A stretch of 64,000 bases of DNA from Takakia lepidozioides (GCA_030704615.1 CM060732.1:2356001-2420000); one strand, 5' to 3'; shown: positions 13,901-26,900, counted from the stretch's first letter. Numbers and translations are program-made. The notes: generated by a model not told the origin, from the sequence alone.

Positions 13901-16023
13901 GTAGACAATAATGTGTAGGTTGATACTTTCAAGCTCAGGGAACTTGCCCTTTGGTGAAGAAAGTCATTTGTGCTCTGTTATTTGTATTTGTATGATTCTA
14001 TCCAATCTCAATCCAAGGATGTATCCACCCATTCGAAACTGAATTAAGAACTGACACTTTGAAAGCGCTTTGCAATATGGATGTAGTTCATTAAATTCTT
14101 CAGAGTGTGCTGGGGATGGGAACAGATTCAGATATGGCTGGCCATGGCTTATGAGGCGCACAATCGACACAATGATTGTATTGCTCTCTATAAGCACCTT
14201 GAGAGTGGCCACCCTAACAAGAATATAAAGAGACAGGCAGCTGACTTGCGCTACATTTTGGAAGCACCGAAGCTCAAAATTTCCAGAGATGAGATGGTAT
14301 CCATCCCAATAATTGATTCCGACTATGACAGGTTACTTCTTCTTCAACTGTGAAGTGTTGGTTGACTCTATTTCACTTCTGAAATGTCAGTGCAAACATG
14401 TAGGCATGCTGTTGATGAAGTCCAAGCCATGGGCCCACCCATTTTGACACCCTCTTGCAGTCATTCCAACTTGGTATTTAATTCCCCAAAGGAGTGAAAT
14501 ACGCAAGGTAGGCACCGGTAGTAATGTTACCTGTTTGATAAGCTGTAACCATCTTAACTACTTTCAATCAACACCAGAGTCTTCACTCTTTCCATCCTCT
14601 CAAACGTTCTTTTTTTCTGGTGCTATTTTCCATCGCTTTCTAACTCTGACTTTTTCATCTTCATGTAAATGAGGTTCATGATTTAGTTGAACCATGTGCC
14701 TTTAACTTTTGATTACGATAGAAAGATTCCCCAATTCTTTGTTTGTTTGTTGTTATCTTTCATAGGCTCTACCTTCAGTTTTTAGCTGGAAATTATACGA
14801 GGTTCTCTGTCTCAGCAATTAAATTCCACTTTTGGCCTATGCTTTCACTGAGTACGTTCTTATCTACATTTGATTGTTTCTTGGTTTCTCTATTGTTTAT
14901 TTTCTTCCTACAAGATCATACTTCTCTCTTTATTTCATGTTCCTTTTTCATTGGTTGGGTGGTCTCTTTCTTTACAAGGCTTACTTAACTAGTTTTTGGG
15001 TTTACTAAGGAGGCTCTCTCTTGATCTTACCTACGCGCAGCTTTTTCCTGTTAATGGATCCACATCACATCAGAGTAAGTTGTTGAAGTATTGTTTGACA
15101 GAGTTCCTAGCTGACAGAAATTCCAGTTTGTCTTTCTTAATTTGATATCGTATTCTTCCCCTCCCAGTTTTCACCTTGGTTTTTTTTCCCCTATTCTTTG
15201 TTAGGATTCGGTTCTGCTGTGTTACACTTTCCTTTTCCTATTTGTTTTTGCCCATAGAATTGTCCATGTCCTTTTCTTTATGGCAGAAGCTGGAAGATGT
15301 GTAACTTTCGACCGTTGGAAATGTTGAGACATGGTGTTGAATCCTCTTGTACCTCACCGTCAACGCTTTTAAGGGTGTTATCTTGTTTGTTTTTTCCATT
15401 TGGTTTTTTCACTTTTTCTATCTATTAGTCTCTTAACGAGGACTTCTGTTCTTGTCTTTCTAATCAGTGACAAGATAAGGCTACAAATCTTCTTATTTAC
15501 CCTGGATGTATTTTCCTGCTTTGTATTTTTGTGGGTTAGCCTTCAATTGCAAGTTTGGAGTTTACTGTACATTTGCAGGGATTGTTTAGTCCCAGTACAG
15601 TTTATAGACCAAAAAGAATGTTGACTCCTGCCGAAGCAAGTGTAAATTATGGTGTAACTTCTACATCTTATTTTTGTGGTACTTTGCTAGTTTGTTTCTA
15701 GAACTCGTATAGCGAGGTGGTTATGGACAATAGTAGTGAGTCCTCTGCTCGTCGCTCTTTCCCATCTGAGTGCTTAATTAAAGCTGCTAGGTGAAAGCAA
15801 CTCATCTTACTCTGCATAGCACTTGTGTAGAAAAGCAAAGTCATGGAGCCAGACAGTTCGGGACCGAAAGCAGAAACCAATGAAGAAATCAGCTGTAACA
15901 CGAGACTATTTGGAGGATTGGTTGGTATGGAACCCCCCTCGTTGGGAGCGCAATCCCTACTTTTGGGTGGCTGTTACAATTTGGCTGACTCTTGTTGGCA
16001 TTTCTCTCATGTTCCAGGATTAA
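7945..16023 (+). CDS. Conserved plant TPR-like protein with a C-terminal TM helix, probably plastid-targeted, about 455 aa; exons 7945-8760, 13150-13302, 14126-14331, 15831-16023
   Basis: GT-AG junctions join in frame (1368 nt). MFQMGQRAYGRGVY..GGE|IQIWLAMAYEAHNRH..LRYILEAPKL resembles a conserved plant/cyanobacterial TPR family. Hydrophobic tail. Start codon uncertain (7870 or 7945). Confidence 0.8.
9697..9790 (+). mobile_element. Short Gypsy RT fragment in intron 1
   Basis: [17 protein letters not shown], nearly identical to the RT core of the chromovirus at about 48650-48700. Confidence 0.7.
10345..12240 (-). mobile_element. LINE ORF2 (RTE/RTEX-like), frameshifted, in intron 1 of the TPR gene
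   Basis: PGNYRGIMLL, QAGFR, FFLDVKKAYD, GVAQGCTLSPLLF, FADD, YTYLG; C-terminal CPLC..ED.IHF. Confidence 0.88.
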
Positions 16024-17913
16024 TCTTACTCTTGTCTCCCCTTTCTCTCTACACTTGAGCAGGTAGCCCATAGTTGGGTGTTGTGCCTTGCATGTGCATG
16101 ATCAAGGTGATCCTGGGATTCAATCCAGTGTTGGGTGGGTATTACTTTTTTTAATACCAGTCGGGTCCTGATATTGAAATATTTTTTCTTTTTAACAACA
16201 GCGGGTTCCATAGTATTAGAATATTTGCAGAATTTAATATCCATCAGCTGCATGATTTTTTATTTGCAGACGGGTATCTACTATCAACAGGACTGGTAGT
16301 CCAGTTGTAAATATCAGCTGGATACCAACCCGGGTATAAAGTGGTGCCAAAACACCATATTATTTGCTTTTGTAAAATAAAGGGGATATGAGCCCTTAAA
16401 TTTAAGACTTCATTGATAGAATAATCATGGTGGGGCCATGATTAGGTGAGTACATGTTGAGATCGGGACACACCCAGGTACCAACCACCAAGGGGATGCT
16501 TTGCACAGGACAGCAGATCCACGGAGAACTGCAAGTTTCAATCTGGTCTCAAAAAATACTCTTAAGGACATGACAAGAATTGAGCAGAAGGTACTAGATG
16601 TGTTAAGCCAACTCTAGGTAAGAAGCAGAGAACTGCAATGCCAAAGAGCTAATTCGACTGTAAGTCCGTAAATGCAAGAGCAGTGAAGGGTTGAACTAAG
16701 AATGGAGCCAGCAGATTGCTAGTCATGAACCAAACTGAGCCACAAGGGAAGGGTAACGAGTCTAGCTAACTAACAAACTAACTAACTAAGAGGCAAGATT
16801 TGAAAAAACTCATTGTGAACCAAGTCAGGAGCACTAGGGGGAAAATGGAATCCAGAGAGTGAGAACAGGGCTGAATTGCAGGAAATGCTAGCCTAGTGCT
16901 TACATCAGAGCTTGTCCACATTGCCATGATGTCATAGTGAATTTTTTGGTAATTGTCACCAACAACCACTGTCCGAGTTAACATTTCCTAATCAACCAGA
17001 TTTTTCTGAGTGGTGTGAAGCAAGATCTCAGCCTATGGGTTATTCTCCTTCCTCTCTAGTAAGTAGGACTAGTTTATGGTAATATAGTCATAGAGCTGTG
17101 CTTGCAAATTAGGGGGGAATCTACTGAGGATCCACCTAACCACTTCAATGCAAACAATAACTCGTGCACAAACTGGCACTCAACACAAACTCAAACATTC
17201 ATCCAACGCGTCATCATACACCTTTTGAGCACCACAACGAAACCAACCCCGAAAGCCTAAGCTCCCAAGGTAAATAGATAGCAAACCAAATCTAAACAAG
17301 AGGCCAAGTGGCACTGTCATAATGGACATCCAGATCCTAGTCCACAGACATCACCCAAATCTGCCACATCACAAGATGATATCTAATCCCACGTATGTGA
17401 AGCACGCCGGGCATTCCAAATGATGCGAGCTCCTGCGAGCGTGGAGTCTAGATCAAGTAAACAACTAAACAAACTACAACACCCGATGCAAGAGGGATGA
17501 AAAACCTTTAAGGAGGAAACATTTTTTCTACAAGTTGAGGAAATGACAAAACGCATTGTAGGAAAAACCCCAAATGCGTACATGGTGGTGCAGAGAGCTA
17601 TCACGAACAAGAAACTATGTATTAATCTAAAGGTAAATAGGAAGCAACCAGAACGTTCTCCGCAATGTCAAGTCAAACACTAGCACTGTGCTCCATGACA
17701 AAACGTGTAGCTCGAGTATGAGTCACGATGACCTGCTGATTCTCAGTTTTCAAACAGGTGAGATCAAACGTAAGTGTGCAAGGGACTAACAAAGAAACAT
17801 GCACAATGTTTGCAAGCACAGAAGTAGAATCATGCAAGGGAAGCAATTGATATTGACAATCAAGAAGAATTTTGAAAATCAGATAGGGCCCATCAATCTG
17901 TTGTTTAGCCTTT

Positions 17914-19412
17914 CAGCGTAGCTACGGTGTAAGCCCAGCCCCATGAGCATGGGAGTTGAGCTCACGCTTTAACCTGGAAGCATGAGCGCAACGAAAGCTT
18001 ATGGAAAAATAGGCCCTATAGGCGAGGATGGAAGATAGAGAGCCTATTGCCATAGAAAAACATGGTTACCACGTAACATGGTTGACATGGCTGTAAAAAA
18101 AAGAGGAGAGACGAGCATGACAGATTTGAAATGTAGACAACCTTCACTTGAATTCATATAAAAATGCTTGCAATCAATCAGAGGCACAAATGCCCGGTGA
18201 GGTGCTTACTCAAATGTATCAGTGTGTCCTACTTATACGGAACTTCCATGAAAACTATGAAGACCACCAAGGCAAGTGGACATGATCCCAAAGAATTCAA
18301 AGATAAGCCACGCAACAACGTCACGCGAGGTGTCCCGATGCAGAAGAGTATCAACTTCATTGTCGTCTGGTGAATGAATTGGTCTATCTTAGGATCGCAG
18401 TACATCCTCACAAGATATATATAGTATAGATGCTTGCAGGGGACCCACTTCCCTCTTCCCAAACCCTAAACCCTAAATCATAAACCCTAAACTGCAACCG
18501 GAATCAATGAAACTGTGGAGAGAAATGCATGCAATATATTCAGAAGTTTTACAAGTCAATGATGTTGTCAAAAGAAATGCATCTAATCCATACAGTCACA
18601 ATGTTTGAGTCCTGATTTTGAACCGTTCATATAGCCAATCATTTTCTGCTAAATTCCTCCTAACCCTGCTTTCATACCTTTTGTCAACTTCCAATCCATA
18701 TCTTGTTAAAAAATAAAATAAAAATAAAAAATTGCTTAGAAATCAGAAGTGATGATCGACGATCATCACTACAGCCACCCAAATGCCAAATGTTAAGTTA
18801 AAATTAAAAATTAAAAATTATAATAATTATTATTTTTATTATTTTTATTTTATTTTTTAAAAAAAATACACTTTGAAATCAGAGCAGAAGTGATGATCGT
18901 TGACGATCATCTCGACATGTACCCAAATGCCAAATGCCAAAGGAAGTCTAGGACGTGCGATGAAGTCTAGGGTCTACAAACAAACTTCTTTCCTGACAAA
19001 GCAAGCTAACGCTGCTGCATAGGGGTGGGATGAATCATAATGACCTATACTGCAACGTTTGCTTGCTTTGTCAGGGAAAAAATGATGCAAGGTCGTTTTG
19101 CTTTGGAAGAAGAACTTGAGAGTAACAATCCAGAAGATGTCATAAAACCCTTGCTGCACCTACGGGCGTCGATTTTTCTTATTTTGTTGTGCCACAAAGA
19201 CCAAGTCCTTAGCTCCTTGCCAGGCATTTCAGACTTCAGGGGTGGGATGGATGTAGGATGGATGATAAAGATGAAGTCTGCAATGACTGAAAAGAGAAAT
19301 TCATTCCGCGGAAATAGGAACCTCCCGTGGAAATACGTCATGTATGTTCGAAATTAACACATAACGTGGCGTGAGCCTTGTTGGCTCACAGGCTCACGAT
19401 CTAGCATTCCCC
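17914..19412. mobile_element. Non-autonomous Mutator-like element, copy 1
   Basis: 10-bp TSD TTTAGCCTTT (17904-17913 and 19413-19422). Termini match the elements at 50661-53014 and 57415-58372. Internal SWIM-like fragment WVPCKHLYY on the minus strand. Confidence 0.8.
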
Positions 19413-22049
19413 TTTAGCCTTTGAGACTTGTTTCCCTGGGTGTAGCCTCACATATATTGATTGTCCTATTTCAAACGAATCTGAATGCACAACACGTCTA
19501 TTGTAATGCTTAGCCTACGAGGCCTAAGCCAAGACAATATTATTTTTAGCAGTTTCCCTCAACCTGCGACGTTTGCAATCCAAATCATGTACAACTAATT
19601 GGTAGGTTTAGAAGGTGAAATATGCAAGGAAGTAATATGTACATTGTAAAGGGGTACGTCATTTCCAGCCATACAGGAGCTCAAAATGGGATAACTTAGT
19701 GCCAGTATGCACGAAGGTCGATAGGCAAAACTCAAGATAGGCAAAGCTATATCCCATTCGTCAATCAATGTCCAATTCTTCTCAAAACATGAAATTGACT
19801 AAAAATATATTTGGGGGTAGAAAAATATATTTTACCACGAAAGAGCCTTTGAGGGGTCCTTGAAAGCTTAAAGAGTTTTTTTCAATGATGGCATTATTTG
19901 TCATCCCCCAAGCACAATAGAGAAAAGTGGATGGAACTAATTATTCCTATATTTTATTTAAAAATATGATGATATGTATATAATAATATAATATAATATC
20001 TTTGCTATAATAGATGTTGACATCATGACAATGAAAAATACACAGTAAACTATAATTGAAAAAAATGTATATAAATAATTTGGATTGAAATATATATGAA
20101 ATGCACTCAATTAAGGTCTATTGGTCATTGTCATGCATACAGTGAGAGAGAGAGAGAGATCCGGTCAAAGTTGGCGTAACTAAGAGCCACTTTGTCTTGC
20201 GGCTATTGCCCCCTTGCGAGGGTGGGCCCTATGAAAGTAGGAGGCGATAACACGCCTTATAAAAAACCGTACTGCAAAGTGTGGACATGTTCAACTTTGC
20301 GTTTGATGGTAATGATTGTTATGAGGGATCGGATAGCCATGAGATTGATAGCTTTGAAGCATTACTGGATATTAGTGATAGATGCCTGGAAACTGTTATG
20401 CAATGCATGCATGCTAGCGTTATGGATGTCGTCTCTTGTTCCTGCTGTGATGACTGTTAACGGGCCAGTATTGGACATCCCGTCTACAAATTGCAAGAAT
20501 GAGAGGAGCGTATTTTTCATGTTTAGATAAGATGGTTGTATGTGGGTACCTATCATGACAGTAAGTGAATTCAATAAAGTGGATTGTGAGATTATTTGAG
20601 GAGACGATAAGGTAGGATGCGGTGTGGATAGACAGCCCGGTGACTAATAGTATATCTGGGCATAATCTAGCAAGATAGTTGCATGGTGTAGTGGAGCAGC
20701 AACATGGTAATAGCCATGATGGGGTAGTGTGATCAGGAGGCACTACAACATATCCTAGTTTTCATGACTCTCACTATATGGCAATCATGGTTTCAATGTC
20801 TGCAAATTATATGACTGCAGAGACGTGGAGGACATTGGCGATGAATCACGACTTGCAGGTGTTTGGGAGGATCCTTCAATTGGTCGTGTGGGCCCACCAG
20901 GACCCCATTGCTATGTCAAGGTATACCAGGCATGTTTGGGAAAATTATGGATGCTTTATTGTTCACCCAATGTTTCAGTATGGCTATAGAAACATTACAA
21001 GCACTTTGTGTAGTTGACTCGCACAGACATTACTAGAACTCACTGTGGCAATTGTCTACACTTACAACTGTGGCACCATCTGATTTTCTTAATATACTGG
21101 ATGAAAGTTGTACAGGCACGTTCCAAGAAAACTTCGTGCCCACAATCTTTCTATCTTCTTAACTAATATATATACATTCGTTTGAAGAATTCGTGATGAT
21201 CATTAGAGGTATGGAGATTGATTTGGTATTATGGTTGGGTGTATCAGCGAGGCACTGTTTCAGGTGAGCGTGAGCATAAAATGTTGTGAGCAGAAGAGGA
21301 ACTATCCTTAATTTTGGAGAATATTCCCCTTAATTCCGCGCCCGAACCTAACCCGAAGCAAAACCATGCCTCCGTTTTGTAAACCTCGGGCTCGGTCATA
21401 ATTCCGCGCAGAACTACGAATTCAGGCAGGAAAGGCTGAATCCGCGGAAATGCACGCATCTTCCGCGGCACTTTCCCCTTCCCCTCCACTACTTCCCTAC
21501 CCTCCTTGATGACTAGGGGAATCTCGGGGGTACGATGTCTCTTCCTCTTCTTCTTACCATCCCCGAGGGCCGCCACAGCCATTGTCCCTGTTTTGTCGGT
21601 GGCAAGGCTGTGCTTTGTCGGTGGCAACTTAGCCACGAATGCGCCAAGCTCATGAACACAAAACCCACAAAATTAGAAACAAACCAAAAACAAAATGAAA
21701 AGCAAAGGAAAGAAAACAAGGTGAAGGAAAGTGGCTCACCTTTGTGTCCATGACGTCAACGTTGCCCTCGGTCCCCGCTTGTGGTGTAGCCCCCAGAAGG
21801 CCCTCTCGGAATGCTGGTGTACTACATACACTCAGCAGCTCTGTGTCCAGGTTCATGGCACAAGAAACACAAACCCTTACGCCTGTGTTCTTCCTGTTCT
21901 TTGAAACTGAGCCTTGGGGGAGCCCTCATTGGCGGTCTCCGTATAGTTTGATCCCCCGCCTTCTTAAACGGTTTAAATCTCTTCCAATTCCCTTGTCAAG
22001 TTAAATAAGCACAGTGTGAAAACAGCTAGCATAAAACTAGTTGTTTGTA

Positions 22050-22108
22050 TTTAACACTTGGATTTAGGTCAAGTGTTAAATCAGGTGTCAAGTTTAGTTT
22101 GACACCTG
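22050..22108. repeat. Two adjacent perfect inverted repeats (11 bp and 10 bp stems)
   Basis: TTTAACACTTG-N9-CAAGTGTTAAA, then one base, then CAGGTGTCAA-N7-TTGACACCTG. Confidence 0.85.
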
Positions 22109-22568
22109 GTCCGTCTTATCTTCACGAGAGCGGCAGTCGCGCGGCTCATCTCTCTCGAGTTGAGCCTGCGCGACCGAGCTCCTGCATGTGTTTAGGTTTG
22201 AGTGTGCTTATGTAGGGATACAGGTTGTTGTGGGGTGGAGTCCCCATAGCTTGGGGTGCCCCTGGCTCGACTTCAGTTTCAATGAGTGATAGCGATGGAT
22301 TCATGTTGTTTCTGGTGTGAGCAGTGTGTTTTCTAGTTTTCTTATCACTCGAGAGAGATGCGCGTTATCTAGTGTGCTGGTGCTAAGCTAGATACAATGT
22401 TTGTTTTAGCATTATTATAATATATATCTTGGGGCGGGAGTCCATCTGGCCTTGCTGTTTCGCTGGTCTGTGCGCAAGAGCATAGGTGCTGTACAGTCCA
22501 TTAAAGGGAAAGGAAAGAAGAGTCTTAGAAAAGCCGCGCGAGAGAGGGAGAAGGAGAAGGTTGCAGAG

Positions 22569-23117
22569 ATGGAGAAGGCAGCGGATAGGCATTGAGGGAA
22601 TGTGGTGCTGGTGCTGGACTTCGGATCGCAGTATACGCATCTTATCACCGTCGTGTCCGACAGTTCTCTATTTGCTCCTTTTGCTTACCTGCTGGTACCC
22701 CCTTGGAAGCCATTCAGGGGCTCAATCCCTCCGTTATAATTCTCTCAGGTGGACCCCGTTCTGTCCATGAAGAGGGCTCCCCAACTGTGCCTGATGGCTT
22801 CTTCGAGTACACAAGGAATCATGGGATCGCAGTGCTTGGCGTTTTACGGGCTGCACCTTATTGTCAAAGTGCTGGGAGGAGAGGTCAAGCAGGCGGAGAG
22901 CCAAGAGTATGGGCGCATGTAAATAGCTGCTGTGAAGGACAGTAAACTATATGGTGATGCAGAGAGCTTCTCAATCCAGGTCATGTGGATGAGTCATGGT
23001 GATGAGGCAGTTTAACGTTCACCAGGCTTTCACATCGTAGCCACCAGTTTGCAGGGCAACATTGCTGCCATTGAGAACAGCGCTGCTGGAATTTATGCTC
23101 TTCAATATCATCCCGAG
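22569..23117 (+). pseudogene. GMP synthase glutamine amidotransferase domain fragment (first part of the chimera)
   Basis: VLVLDFGSQYTHLI, ILSGGP, QEYG, WMSHGDEA and ALQYHPE motifs, with stops and frameshifts. Confidence 0.9.
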
Positions 23118-23467
23118 GGTTTTGTGGCAAGGCCAGAGGCTGGGACGGACGGGTCTCTCAATCTCATGATCTGGCAGTGCACTTTACCTGGCAAAGCTGG
23201 GACTGATTGGGAAGGGGGATTCTACCCAATTGCAATCCATTTCAGCGAGGACTATCCCAGTAAGCCACCCAAGTGCAAGTTTCCCGCAGGCTTCTTTCAC
23301 CCGAACCTGTATCCGTCAGGCACAGTGTGCCTCTCTATCCTCAATGAGGACTCTGGGTGGAGACCAGCCATCACCGTGAAACAAATTCTGGTTGGCATCC
23401 AGGAGCTGCTAGATGCCCCAAATCCAGCTGACCCAGCACAGACTGAAGCGTACAACTATTCATCCAG
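23118..23467 (+). pseudogene. SCE1: Intronless SUMO-conjugating enzyme (SCE1/UBC9) fragment fused in frame to GMP synthase
   Basis: [68 protein letters not shown]. Lacks the N-terminal and C-terminal segments. Confidence 0.93.
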
Positions 23468-23713
23468 GTCGAGAAGTCACAGGTGGACCAGCTCAAGGTC
23501 TGAAACTCCCCCAAGTCTGAAACCTTCCAAGGCTGTTTACAACATGACAAGAAAGTAGCAGAGATATACCTGCTTACTGGCAAAGAGTCAGTGCTAGGAG
23601 CTGCATTTGATCCAGAGCTACACTCTGTACTGGAGCTGGCCAGTGATGCTGAGCTGTTTGAACTATTGAACATTCTCTATGGACAAAGCCTGCTGAGCCT
23701 GCTGTTGAAGTCA
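23468..23713 (+). pseudogene. Third captured host-gene fragment (conserved uncharacterised plant protein)
   Basis: AAFDPELHSVLELASDAELFELLNILYGQSLLSLLLKS resembles a plant protein motif of the form DPEL..VLELATDSELYEL..IL.GPSYFSPLLKS (recalled, not searched). Confidence 0.55.
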
Positions 23714-23714
23714 G

Positions 23715-23731
23715 TGGCGCTAGAAGGAGGG
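23715..23731 (+). promoter_or_regulatory. Primer binding site complementary to the 3' end of tRNA-Asn(GTT)
   Basis: TGGCGCTAGAAGGAGGG, one base after a CA dinucleotide at 23712-23713. Confidence 0.8.
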
Positions 23732-24197
23732 AAGCCTATGGGGTGCTAAGCCTGTCGAGCAGGGGTGTGTACTGGTGATACGAGCATGGGTCAGGGAGCT
23801 ACTTGGTTCAAGCGCAAAGGATCAAAGCCCTGGAGTCAGCATAGTCGGGGAACGGCCTCGGGAACCCGTAGATAACCAGGGAACAGGGAACCTAGACAAG
23901 TATTTTAAAAATTAATTAATTAATTTTATTAAAAAAAAAAGAAAAAAAAGAAGGTGTTATGTTTAAAGAGCCTGGTTGGTCATATCTTTGTCAAATGAGC
24001 TCCGTTTGACTCAGTTTTTGGGGGGATAGCTGCAGAAAGGGGAAATCTACCTACCTAGACCTGGTTTCTGTTTTTGGGACTCTGCTAAAAATCTATGGAA
24101 TTTTTAGAGTGTGAGTGTGCCATAAAAGATCCACAATCCTGTCTCTAGAACCTGTGCTGGTCTATATGAGAGACAAATCTGTGGATGTACTCCTTGC

Positions 24198-24947
24198 ATG
24201 GCTGGGGGAAATGAGGACGTAATTGAAGGGCAGGTCTCTTCTCTTAGCCTGTGCACACAAGGGGACAGGATTTATGTTTCCCAAGGAACTCAGACTGATT
24301 TGAGTGGAGAACAGTTGGACGAGTTGATTGCATACTGGGAGTCAGGCATTAGCAGTAGACAACAGACTGCTGTAGTTGGCATTGAGGGCCTCAATATCGC
24401 CTTGGACAGTCAGAACTCTGTTGGAGCCAGCAGTTCTGCAGCTGTAGGTGAAATACCAAAGTGGGTGAAAGCTAGGCTTGGAACACAGCCAAAGACAGCC
24501 CCGGGGACCAAGGTGTTCAGTCACAAGGCCGTGGTGTACTGGAGCAGAGGAGCAGGAGCTACACAAGTTTGTGCAATCAGACATGGTTGCAGCCGGATAC
24601 GCTCTGCACAGGGCAACCACGAGCGGGGGTTCATCAGCAATGACATGTTTGTTGTGCGTGAAGGAGATGCAGTCATTCGCAATGAGGACACCCGCAACCG
24701 TCTCAAAGCTTTTGAGTTGAGAGACTATCAGACCCTACCTTTGTTTTCTTTAGTGTTCAGTGAGCGGGAGATAGGGGAGTATTGCTTTGTCTCTACCTGG
24801 CAGAAAGAGGAGGAGGGTTGGTTAGAGCGAGCTACTGTAGCTTGGGACAAGGTTAGTGGCAGGTTTCTGGACATAGATATACCTCCTACACCTTACCATC
24901 ATGCAGAGCGAGGCACTTTGAGAGAAGTCTGGCAGTTGATAGCATAG
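24198..24947 (+). CDS. Intact 249-aa accessory ORF of unknown function upstream of gag
   Basis: ATG-initiated, uninterrupted, lies between the PBS and gag. No motif recognised. Confidence 0.6.
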   Translation: MAGGNEDVIEGQVSSLSLCTQGDRIYVSQGTQTDLSGEQLDELIAYWESGISSRQQTAVVGIEGLNIALDSQNSVGASSSAAVGEIPKWVKARLGTQPKTAPGTKVFSHKAVVYWSRGAGATQVCAIRHGCSRIRSAQGNHERGFISNDMFVVREGDAVIRNEDTRNRLKAFELRDYQTLPLFSLVFSEREIGEYCFVSTWQKEEEGWLERATVAWDKVSGRFLDIDIPPTPYHHAERGTLREVWQLIA

Positions 24948-25466
24948 ATCAGGATTAGATCTTGCTTGGTCGGGCTTCTATTCTTCCCCTCCATCTCTGT
25001 ACTATTTTCATTACCTTGTACTTGTAGTTGCCAAAGCCTCTCTTGGTGGAGGCCAGTCAGTCCGGGGTTTTGGGCTGGGATATTCTGCAGGATCAGCATT
25101 GCAGCTGGATTTTGGTGTGGGGGTGTTGATGTTTTGATTTCTTGTGTTTGGATCCCCCCCAACACCTGCATGCTTGACTGTGCGCCATGTTGGTTTTGTG
25201 TGGGCGCTTGCTTTCATAGGGATTAGGCCGGATTTGATCACCGGTCAATCCTAGAGTATGCTGTCGGTGGTGAGGCTGGAGTGATGACCAGCAAGACCAC
25301 CAGTGTTTCTTCTATGGTGAGGCTGGGTTGATGACCAGCCAACCATAGGAGTTCTTGCGGTGGATGCAGGTGCAGGTGCCCTGAGCCATTGGGATATGAC
25401 CCTTAAACTGCAACAGGTGCCCACCCGTGTCACTATTAGATTAGTACTAGAGCCTTATAGTGTCAC

Positions 25467-26900
25467 GTGGAGGAGGTGCACATTGTGAGTGTCATTACGG
25501 AGTTACCCAAGGGTTTTGAGGGGAGTACGGCTACAGGCAGTAACAGTGAGAGTGGGTTCACAAGACGAGGTATTCGGTTCAGACCACCTTCACCGCCACC
25601 CTCAATGCTTCATCAACAGGTGTGCACTTTCATTCGCCATTGTTGTGGGACGACATGGAGGAGATGTATGGAGCTACCAAGGGGCCTCGTAGGTACTCTG
25701 GAGCTGTGGGCACAATCGAGTTGGATGACTTTATCCAGGAGTTCGACAGCTGGTGTGATTTGCAGCAGATGCGCAATCCACAGCTATTCACCCCATTCAT
25801 GGCGTGGAAGGGACTGTTCCAGCATTTGGAAGGCCCGCCTATGGACGATTACCACGAGTTCAGGCGAGGACATGAAGCAGAGATTGAGGAGTGGAGGATG
25901 TATTGGTCACCTGACTACGTCTCCATTACTCGAGGCACGACGCGACCAGTAGCTGCATCAGTACCAATAGCTCCCACTGCCAGCACTAGTAGTGGAGCAG
26001 GTAGTGCTGGTACTTCTGCAGGTGGTACCAGTTCAAAAGGTGCTACTACTCCTCCTGCCACAACTACAACACATGTGCCTAGATTCAACCCGGTGGTGGA
26101 GTTCTTCCAGGAGTTGCGGAGGAACTACCAAGGTGTACGGACAGAGAAGCTGCGAAGTTTGCAAGACTTCCAGCGCAAACCCAGTGAGAGCCTGCGAGAG
26201 GCGTACACTCGTATGAGGCGCTTGATAAGTGTGACCCAAGGGGTTACTGAAGCTCAGGCAATCCAGTTTTGGTATGGAATTCTGGACAAGGAGCTCAAGA
26301 GAAGGGTGCGAGATGCAACCCTGTTACAAGCAGCCCAACCCACATTAGCAGATGTGTTTCTGCTGGCTGAGCGGATTGAGCTCAACATGGTGGAGGAGCG
26401 AGTTGTTACAATTGGATTTGGCAAGGACATGCCTGTACGGGGCACAGCTGTCAGCCCACAGGCACAAGGGACTGCCCAACAGCGTGGTCAGGGGGGCAAG
26501 GTTGCCCAGCCCAAGTTCCATGGAGCTTACAGGGGACCTCAGGTGCAGAGGCCCGTGGCATCTTTTGCAGGCCAACAGCAACCAGGGGTGATATGTTGGA
26601 CATGTGGAGGACCCCATGTCAAAGAGATTGCCCAGAGAATGGCAGAAGGCCGGCACAAGCACAGCCTGCACAGTTGCAGTGTGGGCATTGTGGCAAGTAT
26701 GGGCATGGAGATGCCCAGTGTTATGACTTGCATCCTGAGTTGCGCCCAGGCCAGTTCCAAGGGAACAATGGTGGCCGGGGGCGAGGTGGACCAGCCCAAA
26801 GAGGACGAGGTGGTCGGGCACGAGGTGCAGGCCAAGGGCAAGCTCCACATGGCCAAGGACGCGGAGGTCAGGGTGTTGACCAAGGCATGGCCAATCGGCT
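25467..26900 (+). CDS. gag: Gag (capsid plus two zinc knuckles and an RGG-rich region), split by apparent 1-nt deletions
   Basis: QRKPSESLREAYTRMRRL (major-homology-like); CWTCGGPHV(K)RDC and CGHCGKYGHGDAQC. The true start may be upstream (ATG at 25396). Confidence 0.85.

Noticed and set aside
20190-22000. Several 70-130 aa ORFs as genes
   Set aside because: No recognisable motifs or consistent splice structure. Probably decayed TE or intergenic sequence.
23049-23558. ORF that looks like a functional SUMO E2 gene
   Set aside because: No true ATG start, N-terminus comes from a stop-ridden GMP synthase fragment, and the C-terminus is frameshifted. It is a captured fragment.
26600-26640. Programmed gag-pol ribosomal frameshift
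   Set aside because: The shift falls inside a zinc knuckle with no slippery heptamer. A 1-nt deletion explains it better.
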